From Felis catus (lineage: Eukaryota), in the NCBI RefSeq assembly GCF_018350175.1, contig NC_058368.1:136464001-136528000 (forward strand): a stretch of 64,000 nt of DNA. The letters run 5' to 3'. This document shows positions 12,961-24,482 of the stretch, one piece after another. The translations under genes and the position numbers were made by a program. The notes under the pieces are model-generated. The model was not told the origin of the DNA. It searched no databases and saw only the letters and a list, made by a program, of their open reading frames with translations. Positions within the stretch are counted from its first letter, which is position 1; each line of letters begins with the position of its first letter.

Positions 12961-13839
12961 AGATGGAAGTTTCAGTTGTAAAGTTAAAGAAATAAAAACA
13001 TTGGGATTTGCAGAGGTGGTGAAATTGTGACCAAATTTTTCTGTTAATATTGTTGTAACTCTTTTGTTTATGTAATTAATAATAATTCAAACAAACCAAA
13101 GCACTCTTCCCCAAACAACAGAAGAATTATTTTCACCACATGTATATTCAGATTAAAAAAAATTCGAACCAGCATTTTAGGCAAATTATACAGAGACATT
13201 TCTTCACTAATTTGAAAATTTAACCAGGGAATTTGGTCAAATTTGAATGTGATATTTGCTTATTTTCGTGTGTCAGAAACAGAAAAATAACCTTCCATTT
13301 GTAAATCTGAAACTGGATTTAAATCAAGTTTTAAAACTCATCATTTTGACAGGTTTAGAGGTAAGGAGCCGACGTTTACTGCTGAAAATATTTCTGTAAA
13401 TTTATTTAACATATGGCCTCCAGCTATTGGGAAGATTTTTGTTGTTATAACAAAAGGTGGCTTCTGAGTTGATGGATGAATATTTTAATTGCAGTCTGGT
13501 CTAAACATGGCCACTAAACATAGCAGAATGCATTTGACATGCTTCTTTGTGATGGAATATACTCATGTCTGAGGATGTTAATACTTTTACTTATTTCCTA
13601 TAGATTAATATTTACTGAGATTTACTATGGGCGAGGCACTGCATACCAATGTCTATACATAGGCAGTTGCCAGCTAAGCAAATAGTTGCTTGGAATTAGG
13701 AACTCATTTTCTTACACGAATAATAATACATACAGTAGTAGTTTGCCAGGATAGTGGGGAAAAAAAAAGCCATTCAATTCAGTATGTAGCTGTACTATGC
13801 ATTGTTGCAAATACTAGCATGGTTCCTGGTTCCTGGGAG

Positions 13840-14008
13840 GAGGAAGCATTTAGAGGAGGCAGGTGGGGGCCGGGGCAGGGGAAGACAGAGAAGAGGAGGA
13901 AATGTGAAAGGGGGAAAGGATGAAGGAGAGGATAGGAAAGGAAGAGGAGGTGGAAGAGGAAAAAGGAGAAGGAGAAGGAAGCCAGTGAAGAGGCAAAGGA
14001 GGAAAAAG
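13840..14008 (+). repeat. purine-rich low-complexity tract
   Basis: Near-pure G/A sequence. Confidence 0.8.
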
Positions 14009-14774
14009 CATCTCTTGTTTTCTTTCCTACTGTAGGTAGCCCTGTTCTCCCTGACATTTCCCTGGCTGCTTCTCCTGTATTTCTGTGCCCTTCCATCTCC
14101 TGAGGTCCCTGTCCTAGATTCCCCAGTGCTCCCAGGCTGCTCTGAGCTCCCCAGGGAGGCACTGTACCCAAGTTCGCTCACCCCCAGGACGTGCTTTATG
14201 CCCCCAATCTATAGTTTCCTTACATTTCTGAAAGATCTTGAATTCACTGCCAATTGCATTTAGATGTTAAGAGGAAAACCATCTGATGACAGTATTTTTA
14301 AGATATGAATGACTAATAATCTTGTATTGTTTAGAGTTCTTTAAAGTGTTGACATTGAACAGAGGAATCTCTGATTGGTAGAACTGTGAGCACCCTAGAA
14401 AAGCAAAGCAGGCCATTCTGACCTTTGGGAATTGGGGGTTGAGATCTTTGGTTAGGGACAAACCCTATAGGTAAGCCTGTCTTGCCTATGACACTGCTTG
14501 GATTCTGCCATGGTCCACTCCTGTGGGCTGGCCTCACTCTTCAGTTCATCTTTTTTCTATTTCTAAAACCACAGACTGTCTAAAACGTATGATGGCAGAG
14601 GTAGCCACCTGTCTCCATTTGTTTTTGTAAATTGGTTCTTGTTGAGTTGGTAACCACCTGCATATATACTCGACATTTTTGGCCCCAGATTGAAGATGAG
14701 GAAATCGAGGCACTTAGGGACTAACGCCATATCCTTTTGATCACAAGTAGTACATGAATATGACTTTTATAGTA

Positions 14775-15240
14775 CAGACCTGCACTTTGCATTACGGCAG
14801 CCACTTGCCACATGTTAAGTGGGGCTAACGCAGTTGAGGAGCTGAATTTTAAATTTTACAAACTCAACTTATTTTTTTTTTGTTTTATTTATTTATTTTG
14901 AGAGAGAAAGCACGAGAGTGCACACACAAGAGGGGGAGGGGTGAAGGGAAGGAGAGACAGTACATTATCAGTGCAGAGCCTGACGTGGGGCTGGAACTCA
15001 CGATCCGTGAGATCATGACCTGAGCAGAGATCACGCGTCGGACGCTTAGCCGGCTATGCCACCCAGGCGCCCCTCGACTCGATTTAAATTTAAAAACTGA
15101 TACGCAGTTTAGCTATTGGAAAACTTTTAAGTGTGTTTGGAACCATGTGGGTAGATGAATCTACTTGGAAATTGTTAAATTTTATACAATCTAAATATAG
15201 ATCCGTGAGTTCCAGTGAAAATTTCTTGCCGAACTCCAAC
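14775..15240. mobile_element. hAT-Charlie relic (MER3/MER33-like), split by a SINE
   Basis: GCAGCCACTTGCCACATG, GAGGAGCTGAATTTTAAATTTT and AATCTAAATATAGATC motifs. Confidence 0.6.
14871..15073 (-). mobile_element. CAN-SINE with internal deletion
   Basis: Ends CCACCCAGGCGCCCC; poly-T at left. Confidence 0.92.
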
Positions 15241-15244
15241 TGAG

Positions 15245-15695
15245 GACAAGTCTGAAGGGCGATTGCAGCTGCTAAGCTCCCCAGTGGGGTCGCTGAAACC
15301 TTTATTGATACTGTATCACAGTCCATGTGTTCCATCTGCCCAATCCTGCATCTTTTTCTTCCCTTCCTTAAATATTTTTTTTTTAATTTTTTTCAACGTT
15401 TATTTATTTTTGGGACAGAGAGAGACAGAGCATGAACGGGGGAGGGGCAGAGAGAGAGGGAGACACAGAATCAGAAACAGGCTCCAGGCTCTGAGCCATC
15501 AGCCCAGAGCCTGATGCGGGGCTCGAACCCACGGACCGCGAGATCGTGACCTGGCTGAAGTCGGATGCTTAACCGACTGCGCCACCCAGGCGCCCCTCTT
15601 CCTTAAATATTAATTCAAAGAGTTTTCTTCAATAATCGTTCTGCCCACCAACACCCATCTCAGAATCTGCTTCCTGGGCACCCAACGTGCTATAA
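15245..15695 (+). mobile_element. ERVL LTR fragment (LTR16/LTR33 group), split by a SINE
   Basis: CTGCCCAATCCTGC and CCATCTCAGAATCTGCTTCCTGGG...CCCAAC 3'-end motifs. Confidence 0.55.
15377..15596 (-). mobile_element. young CAN-SINE (SINEC_Fc)
   Basis: CpG-rich near-consensus copy; TSD CTTCCTTAAATATT at 15363-15376 and 15598-15611. Confidence 0.97.
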
Positions 15696-16372
15696 TATAT
15701 CTATTTTTAAATGGTATAATAAATGCTGGGGGTTTCTAGGACCTCCAATATCTGGGGCCATAGATATCCATCTTTCCAGTCAGCCAGTCAGAAACCTCAA
15801 TATTGTGTCTCTACCAATATATTTATATTCATAAAGGGGGATCTTGTCCCTAGTGCTCAGGGACTGGAGCTGAGGCTGAAAAATGATAGAACTTACTCTC
15901 TGGATATCTATGGCTGCAGAGGGAAAGGTTTTTAGCAAGTATTGAAAACAGCACTAAGCAAACCGCTGAATGCTCTAGCATCATTCAGAAGTAGGCTAGA
16001 GCATTTGGGGTCACCTGAAGGACATTGAGGAATAGAAATCCTCCTAGTGGGCAGAGTTTTGAATAGTATCTCTCATTGTCCATTTGCATGGAAAGAGAGT
16101 GTCCCGAGGAAAGAACGTACATTGCTTTATGGCCCCTGGTACATTGTTTGGCCCCTGGTTCAGGATCCAAAAGGAGCAACACTGGAAGACAGGAGGGCAG
16201 GAGGTTTGGAAAAGAGTTACATGAACTGGCTTCTCCGAGTGAACAAAGTGTGAGAATATTTGTATTTCGTGAGGCTGCTTACCAAAGCCTCCTGGTTGCG
16301 AGGGAGGTTTAATAATCAGATGAATAGAAACGCTTTTATTCACAAAGGCTGATCTGCTGACTGCCACTTCTT

Positions 16373-16412
16373 TTATTTATTTATTATTTTTTTTCAAAGT
16401 TTATTCATTTTT

Positions 16413-16445
<33 letters not shown>

Positions 16446-16574
16446 AGACAGGTGAGCGGGGAAGGGGCAGAGAGAGAGACACACAGAGCCTGATGAGGGG
16501 CCTGAAGCCACAAACTGTGGGATCATGACCTGAGCCGAAGTTGGGCCCTTAACCGACTAAGCCACCCAGGTGCC
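16373..16574 (-). mobile_element. CAN-SINE
   Basis: TSD CTGCTGACTGCC(A/G)CTTCTT at 16354-16372 and 16575-16593. Confidence 0.95.
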
Positions 16575-16822
16575 CTGCTGACTGCCGCTTCTTAGCTTGT
16601 AATTGGACAGTACAACCCTGAGACTCTGCTATGGTGCTCAAAGAGGGGCGGCCAGGCACATGTGGGAAGGCAGTGATTGGTCTTAATTGGAATAAATTCT
16701 TAAGTTTAGATTTATTTTTTATTCCTACATTGTACCTCCTACCATTACCAGCTGAGGAGGAGTAAAGTTCACAGGGCCTTGCGATTAGTTGCAGAAATGC
16801 AGACTAATATTTACCCAAATTT

Positions 16823-16824
<2 letters not shown>

Positions 16825-16863
<39 letters not shown>
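16825..16863. repeat. (TG)n microsatellite
   Basis: Direct reading; perfect repeat. Confidence 0.97.
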
Positions 16864-16865
<2 letters not shown>

Positions 16866-16869
16866 TTAA

Positions 16870-17680
16870 ATATTTTTTTCCTACCTCTCTTCATCTCATT
16901 GTCCTATACAAGGCATATAAGTCTAAAAGTTGTGTGAATCACTGGGGACTGTGATAGAGCTAGAAGAAAAATGGACATCACTTAGAAAGTCTTGAATTGT
17001 TACTGGATGCGTCAACTCATGAGACTTTGTTTTTATGAAGGGAGTGAATGTGACGATAGTTGAATATGGTAGGTTTGACATTTTAATATATGTTTTGCAG
17101 TTTTAAGTATGGAGAGAGGTATATATGCAAAGGATGGTGAAGTCAGAGGGATGAACTGTGGTGCACATTTATTGTTTTGGTGGTGTTAACTGCTTGGCAG
17201 CCCTAGCCTCTTGTGAAACTTGAGGAGTCTCCCTTTGTGTGAGTCGTGTTGGGATGCAGGGTTCCAACTTGCATGCAGGAGGCCAGACAGTTTTTCTGGC
17301 TTCTAAAAACCGGGGTAGTGACGTATGCCTAAGCGTAGCCAATCAGACACTCCCATGTGGGACTTTGTATCTCGAATGAATGGTGCAAAAATTCATTTTG
17401 CTGGTGGGGGAAGTGTTCAGAGTTCCGTGGTGGGGGTGGTGGGGCTGACCTTGGAATTGGTATGCAGGACCCAGCAAGAATGGCAGCTCTATAGTAACCA
17501 GGCTGTTTGTGTAGCATGACCTTGACTGTATTGTTTTTTGGCCTTTCTTTGTTTCTGTTTTCTGGGCCTCTTTCTACAGCTATTCCATCAATATATAGTG
17601 GCTCAACATCCTTCCAGCACATTTCTGTTCTGTGTAAGTTAGCCAGACTGATCGTTTTTGTTGCAACCAAGAACCTGTTC
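16870..17680 (+). mobile_element. ERVL internal 3' end plus LTR33-like LTR
   Basis: Purine-rich AGAGGGATGAAC then TGTGG at about 17157; CCAATCAGACACTCCCATGTGGGACTTTG and AAGTTAGCCAGA...TTGCAACCAAGAACC resemble LTR33. Confidence 0.6.
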
Positions 17681-17714
17681 TTTCTCTCTCTCTCTCTTTT
17701 CTTTTTTTTTGTTT

Positions 17715-18300
17715 CTGGATGCATTTAAGGGTTTTATTGTTGTCCTTTATGTTCCAAAATTCCACAGTGATGTGATTTAACAGAGGACTTTTAAAAATGG
17801 CCTGTTCTGAACATTAAATGAGACCTTTTAAACTAAACGCTTCTGTACCTCGTCAGCTTTGGGAAATTATCTTGTTACTTTGCTGATTATCTCCATCCTG
17901 ACGTTACCTCTCTTCTCTCTTTCTGGGAATCCTATTAGTTGGATTGTTCCTGCATACCTTCTCTCTCTGTCTCTGTCTCTCTTCTTTGCCTTTTTGTCTT
18001 AATGTTCAGCATTCTGGGATATTTTCAAAAATCAGATCTTTCACCTCTTCATAACTTAAAAGAATGTTAGCAGCCATATTTCTTATTTTCTAAGAATTTT
18101 TCTCTGATGGTCTGTTTTCTGTGTTTGTATTTTATGGACGTGGCATCTTTTCATCTGTCTCCAGAAATTAGAGGGTTTTCACTGTAATTCTCTTCTGTTG
18201 TTTATTTTTCCTCCATGGTCATTTTATCTTTTATTTGTCTTGGTGTTTCTCTTTCACGTTTTAGGCTTTTCTTCAACCATCTGGTGATCATGGCTGTTTA
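17715..18300 (-). mobile_element. old L1 fragment (ORF1-region-like)
   Basis: T-rich sequence with L1M antisense motifs (CAGCTTTGGGAAATT, TTCTGGGAATCCTATT). Confidence 0.55.
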
Positions 18301-18326
18301 GGAATGAGACAGTAGCCAGGCTCCTG

Positions 18327-18392
18327 TGATAGTAGTCAGGAGCCCTGATACTGATACTGATATCCTGATACTGATAGTAGTCAGGAGCCCTG
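18327..18392. repeat. 21-bp direct repeat with CTGATA filler
   Basis: TGATAGTAGTCAGGAGCCCTG at 18327-18347 and 18372-18392. Confidence 0.9.
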
Positions 18393-18752
18393 TGTTGGTG
18401 GGGGAATCTCGCTGACAGTGGTGGGCTCCGTGTTAGTTGGTGGGCAGGCAGCCGCTTGTTCCTCTGAAGGGTCCCTACATGTGGTGGAGGGACACGTCAG
18501 GGTATTATTTTGTATACAGACTCTCAATTAGTTTCTACCCTCATTTCTCACTCCTGCCTTCTATTGTCTATATCTATACTCTGCAGCCCCTGTGCTCAGC
18601 CTACTCAACACTCCTCCATGCTTTCCGAGTTACAGAAACATTTTGAAATCTTAATCTTCTGATGGATCCCTCTTAGCTTCTTTGTAGAGAGAGGAGATGA
18701 ACCTATTGGTTGAGTCTGTCACTTTGAGCTAGAAGCCTTGGGTCCTTTATGG

Positions 18753-18958
18753 TTTTTTTTTTTTTTAATGTTTTTTATTTATTTTTGAGAGACAGAGAGA
18801 GAGAGAGAGGCAGAGAGAACCAGAGACAGAATCTGAAGCAGGCTCCAGGCTCTGAGCTGTCAGCACAGAGCCCGACGTGGGGCTAGAACCCACGAGCAGT
18901 GAGATCATGACCCAAGCCAAAGTTGGGCGCTTAACCAACTGAACCACCCAGGCGCCCC
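18753..18958 (-). mobile_element. CAN-SINE
   Basis: Complete SINEC body reversed. Confidence 0.96.
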
Positions 18959-21008
18959 TGCTTTGTGTTTTAAATGTGTCTTTAATGTGCTCGAAGTTTA
19001 GGGTCAGCCATGACACATGGCAGTGTATTGATAGACTGCCTCATGGTTTGTAGTGCATTCTCTCATTTGATCCTCACACCTCTGGCATCACTGGAGAGGC
19101 TGGAATGAATGGAAGCGGAGAAGTGGTCTGGAAGGCTTCACTGGGTAGGGAGCCCTTGATCAGAATGACCAGAAGATACCTCTGCTACTGGCCAGAGAAA
19201 GCTAATGGAGAGAGATTCCAGACTGGGATAAGTTTCAGATTCGGGCTCAGAAGTGGAAACAGGTGAGTAGCATTATAGGAACAGCCGTATCTGTTCAGTT
19301 GTTGCTAAGTCTAAGTTAGTAGTAGGGGGAAATGAGAGATGTGCCAAGTGGGAAGCCGGTGGTGGAGCTTCAAGAGTCTGTAAGGTGATGTGAGCCCTCA
19401 GTTCTTTAAGAAATTTGAGCAGAAGTCCTGCTGATGAGGGTGACTTTGAAGCCAGAAAATAACAGCGTCAGCAGTGTCACGGGCACACACAAAAAGGACA
19501 ACGCTAGATTGCACGGTCCCCCTCTCACATTTCCAGGCTAATGGAAGCGACAGTAGCATGAATGAATGAAAGCCTTGGTTTGCCCATTAGTTTCAACTTC
19601 CTTCCCCAAAGGCTTTCCACTGGAACTTGCAAAATGTGCATTTTTCCTCTGTCCTTGTCCTCCCAGCCTGTTGGGAGAGACGAATAGGACCTAAGAGGCA
19701 AGCCCCTGGAGACAGAGGAGGAGCTGAGGGAGACCAGGCAGGCTGACTGGAGACCAGGCTGTTTGGCACAGTGCCATTCCCCATCTGCTTTCTACATGGG
19801 GCAAAAGCGGTGCGCTGGCATCGGGCCAGTGGTGTCCGTGCCCTCCCCTGTCAACTCTTGTCCAGCACCGGTGACTCACACAGCAACAGCAAAGCAGGCT
19901 CTTGCGGGGCACCCTTTGGCCATGCTGGCCTACAATCTTCCCGAGGAGCACTTTCCTGTGTGCCTCCCAGGAGAGCCTCTCCAAGGCAAACGTGGGCTTT
20001 GCCCTGCTGAGTGGAGGAATTCTTTCTGCTCCATAAGGTTTGCACCGTTGTTTTGACCTCTTCTGAGAAAATTTTCTGGAACAAGGGCTTTTTTTTTCCC
20101 TCCTTGCCAAGCATATTTATAACAGCCTCATCTGCAGGTGAGTTGGTAACTCTACCAGTGCTCATCTCTCTGTCTTTCCATTTCTTTGATTCTCTCTGTT
20201 TCTCCACCACACAGTTGGTTGAACTGGTCCAGAGCTCTTTACAGTTCTCCAGCTTTAGGAATGCAGCCTTGTTCCCTCTCGTCTTGTACCCAGTAATAGG
20301 GCATGATGCTTACTCCCCACTCCCAAAAGCACAAAAAGTTCCAAAGCCTCCTGGTCTGCTACACAAAACTACCCCATAACTGTTTTCCTATGACCAGAGG
20401 GAGCCATTTTCACCCAGAGGCACCCGTTCCTTCAGGGCAAGCCCCAAAGCAGACAAATAATCATTCATTTATGAAAATGAAAGATTCATGAGGGACTCTC
20501 CTACGCTGCCAGCAGAGTTTAGGCAGGTTCTGATCTTACTTTAATTTAATTAAGCTGTGTTTATTTAATCAGCCCAGGGATATGTATCCTCAGGCAGGAA
20601 TTTGCTGCCTGCCTCTGAACTGTGTTTTTGTCTGTGGGAGGAGGATGGCTGTGACCTCCCCAGCATTTTGGATTTGGGGCCCCAGAGGCAGGCTGGCAGG
20701 TGGTTTGGGTTCAGACAGGCCCTGTGGGGACACTGCATTAAGCGGCTCTGTGCATGTGTGCATGTGTACATGGGCTTGCAGAGGCCCTATTTCCCAGTGC
20801 CCCTGCATCTGATTCTGCAGCAGGAGTGCCTGAGAAGCCAGGCTGGCCAGCAGTCTGTGTTCTCAGCCATCCCAGGAGGAAAGCATTTAAAGACAGTGTT
20901 GCTTAAGGACAGTGTTGCTCAAAGCATACTCTACATATCTCTTCTGGGTGCTGGGTAAGCATACTGATTCCCAGGCCCCATGATGAGACTTGCTGAATCA
21001 CACAGAAG

Positions 21009-21202
21009 GTTTTTTTTTTTTCTAAGTTTATTTATTTATTTTGAGAGAGGGTAGAGAGGGGAGCATGATCAGGGGAGAGGCGGAGAGAGAGGAAAGAGAG
21101 AGAGAACCCCAAGCAGGGGCTCAGTCTCACAAACCATAAGATCATGACCTGACTCGAAATCAAGAGTCTAATGCTTAGGAGACTGAGCCACCCAGGTGCC
21201 CC
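21009..21202 (-). mobile_element. CAN-SINE with internal deletion, next to a MER5-like remnant
   Basis: SINEC body reversed. Confidence 0.9.
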
Positions 21203-21454
21203 TCACGCTGGCATTTAAGAACAGTTGTGTTCTTCAATTTTAGTATACGTGCTGCAGAAGCGAGCACAAGAGCTACTGTATTCTCAGGTGTTACTATCCT
21301 CATGAGTGTTTACCTTTTAAGGATGGAGGTGGTGTGGGCAGAGGACAGTGACTGAAGCCCATTTGGAAGGAATCATTATGATGGCTTTCGGGCACAGTGG
21401 GAAGGCTTTGGGAATAGAAGTGTTTCCTTGAGCCTCCTGAGTCTCTCCATTATA

Positions 21455-21830
21455 GGACGGTGTCTGTCTTCTGCATGTAAGGGCACATCTGAGGAGACCA
21501 GCTGTGGTGTAGTGGGTCTGAACCAGGATGGCAGGAGTAGATGTCTGAGCTGATGGTGTAAGTCCCACTCCAGGTTCCAAAGGCCTGAACAAGGAGCACT
21601 GGTGTTCAAGGGCAGGAGAAGATAAGTGTCTCAGCTCAGGTAGAGAGCACATTTGCTCTCCCTCCACCTTTTTGTTCTATTCAGGCCATCAGTAGATAAT
21701 CAGTCTGTCTGTCTGCCTGCTTACCTCTCACCCTCTCTGTATTTACCTACCTACCTACCTACCTACCTACCTACCTACCTACCTACCTCTCCTATTGGTT
21801 CTGTTTCTCTAGACAACCCTGACTGGTACG
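21455..21830. mobile_element. MLT2 ERVL LTR pieces in opposite orientations, with (TACC)n at 21744-21787
   Basis: 21455-21697 matches the MLT2 middle on the minus strand; CCTATTGGTTCTGTTTCTCTAGACAACCCTGACT is the MLT2 3' end on the plus strand. Confidence 0.75.
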
Positions 21831-22169
21831 ATGCCCCCCACCTCACTCTTCCCAGGTCTGAGATGGACAATAGCAGAAGAAGTCACATAGGATTCGTTCA
21901 TTGACCAAGAAGGTGTGTCCTTCTTCCTTTGCTTTATTTTGTTGAGTGACTGCTAGGGAGCAGTAGCCGAGGGAAAGCTGGAGTGAATAGAAGAGAATGA
22001 AAAGAAAGGAGGGGGTGGGAGAAGGAGGGCAGCTGTCACGTGTAGCTGGGGGAATGGCTTTGTCAGAGAGGGCAAAGTAGCATTTGTTTTCATCACATAT
22101 TCTTTGGTGGTTGTGTCTTGGCCCATTTCCTTTCAGATTGCTTCAGACTAGAGCTGAGAAAGGGAACTT

Positions 22170-22320
22170 GGCACCAGCTTTCCCTGAGCTCTGAGTCCCG
22201 TACTTTCCTCTCATTCATTTTCCTTAGCTGTTTTCGCAGGACAAAAACACCTGCCTTGTCTTCCTCCCAGGGTAGTCATGAGGATCCGATGAAAGCTGTC
22301 ATGTGAAATGTTGAGTTCTG
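22170..22320 (+). mobile_element. MIR fragment
   Basis: Degenerate MIR core and tail. Confidence 0.5.
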
Positions 22321-22914
22321 AGAGAGGGAGGCCCAGTGTCCCACACTCAGGAAAGACAGGCTCCATGTCATTATTAATACTGTTAGGGTAGCAGTTGGTT
22401 TTATCAGTCTCCAGGCCTTAATTAAGATCTCAGTTATGATTTTGCAAAGTCTTTCTTTTCCCAGCATACTAATTAATCGCAGGGTTTTTTTTTTTTCTTG
22501 TCAAAGCAGGTGCTTAGATATTTTTAGGAGATTCCCCTTTGTCAAAGGACCCTGTGACTTGGTGTGGAGTGGTATGAGTTGTACCTGGCGGAACATTTAG
22601 ACTACTTGTTGGGCGAAAACTCGGCTCTTTGCATCCCTTTATTAGGTATATGTGGATATAATTTTACATAATAGCCTTTTCTGAATTTGTTTTCATGCTA
22701 ACCTGGACATACCCCATTTAAACAAATGTGGCTGATGATCAAACTCTGTTGCTTTGTGTGTGCCATATGCTTTTCCTAGATAGCTTTTAGAACTTTGCTT
22801 AGCTGAGGGCTTTGGAGCCATTTTACAGGGTTACTCTTTCCATTTCTGCGGGATGAGGAATTGAGAGATGGGTATAGACAGACAACTTCTTTAACCCGTT
22901 ACATCTGGGTCTCA

Positions 22915-23251
22915 GTCATCTACCTATTCATTTGTATCTGCCCACCTTTCCATTCATGCTTCCCCTGGGCATCCTCCACATACCAACTTCCATGGTGGTA
23001 TGAGGCACTGCAAGTACGAAGATGAAAAAGACAGTCCGGGCCCTTAAGGACCTTACAGTCTAATAGAGGTGATAGTGCGTGTGGTATTACAGAGTGGTGT
23101 GTTAGATGCTGTGAGAAAGAAATGTATGGGAGCCCAAAAGACAATCTCTAACCCAGGACTGAAGGTTGAGGGAAGTCTTCCTACAAGGGATTATACCTTA
23201 ACTAAGTCTTTATTTTTTATGTTTAGTTTTTTAAAGTTTATTTTATTCATT

Positions 23252-23295
<44 letters not shown>

Positions 23296-24465
23296 TGGGG
23301 AGGGACAGAGAGAGAAAGAGAGAGAATTCCATGCAGGCTCTATCTGCACTGTCAGCATTGAGCCCGATGCAGAGCTCAAACTCAAAAATCATAAGATCAT
23401 GACCTGAGCTGAAATCAAGAGTCAGAGGCTTAACTGACTGAGCCACCCAAGTGCCCCTGAACTAAACGTTTAATGACAGAAGGAGTAAAGGAGGGCTTTC
23501 CAACTAGCAGGACCAGCTAGTAGCAAAGTATATATATTGGGGTGGAGAATTTGGCACGGTACCAGAACTATATCTACATCTATCTAAAACTACATTTTAA
23601 AATAGAGCATTGAACATGGGATAGGGATGGAGAGTGCCTGAAGATGCTAGAAACATCATCATCAGGCTGTAGGCCACGATAATGAGTTTGTGTCAAGGAG
23701 GAATCCAGTAAAACACTTTAAAGCAGGGGAGTGATGAGTAGAGTTGAAATTTCTGAAACTTCCTTCCAGCTTAGAGTGGAGGATGAACTGAGGGAGACAA
23801 GAGTCACGGAGGAAAATGAGATCAGTTGCTGGCTGTTGAAGTGATGGTAGTGAGGTCTTTAAAGTAGGTTGTGGCCATGGGAGAGTGAAATAGGGGCAAT
23901 TAAAGATATTACTGAGGAGTGGAATCAACAGGGTTTGGTGCCAGCTGGAGGTGAGGGAGAAGGAGGAGGCTTCAATGTCAGGATGAGAGAGATGCCATAA
24001 ATTCTCGCATGTAACACAGGCAGGAGGACAGCTTTGTGGGAGGGAGAATTGAGTGCAGGTTGCACCAGTTTGAGGAGAGAGCCACTGTTTAAATCTTGGG
24101 TGAAAGGTCTGGGCTAGAGATGGAGATTTGACAGTGCTAAGTGTGAGTGTGGAGTTGGGCTGGAACCCTGGGGATGCCCACATTTACTGAAGAGCTGTGG
24201 AGGAGTAATTACAAAGGAGCCATGGAGAGATAGCCAGAGAGGAAAGAGGAAAACTGGAGTCTTGGGAGCCAAGGCAATGGCATTTCAAGGAGTTACATGC
24301 TGATGAAGGGGCAGGTCATATGGGTGTAGAAAGGTGCCCAGTGGGTCAAATGGCAAAGTTATGGACAACTGTTGTGGAGAGCACTTTTTGTAGGGAGTAG
24401 AGCCAGGACCAGGAGGGTGAATGGCATGTGAGGAAGCTGACATAGAGAGTGATAGGTTATTATTT
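22915..24465 (-). mobile_element. L2 LINE relic
   Basis: ORF 23662-24183 contains PQFILHSKLEGSFRNFNSTHHSPALKCF, resembling the L2 ORF2 C-terminus; L2 3'-end motifs near 22920-23100. Confidence 0.75.
23213..23457 (-). mobile_element. CAN-SINE
   Basis: SINEC body reversed, long GA tract. Confidence 0.94.
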
Positions 24466-24482
24466 AAAATTTTGCCTGTGAG

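Noticed and set aside
19160..19268. Consensus donor CAG/GTGAGT at 19262
   Set aside because: No decent upstream acceptor and the context looks like decayed L2
22535..22571. KGPCDLVWS resembles the PPP-phosphatase motif of PPP6C (KGAFCDLVWSDP)
   Set aside because: Similarity limited to a few residues, needs a gap, no DP and no flanking homology; not a credible pseudogene
23662..24183. 173-aa minus-strand ORF
   Set aside because: Lies in L2 and contains decayed L2 ORF2 motifs
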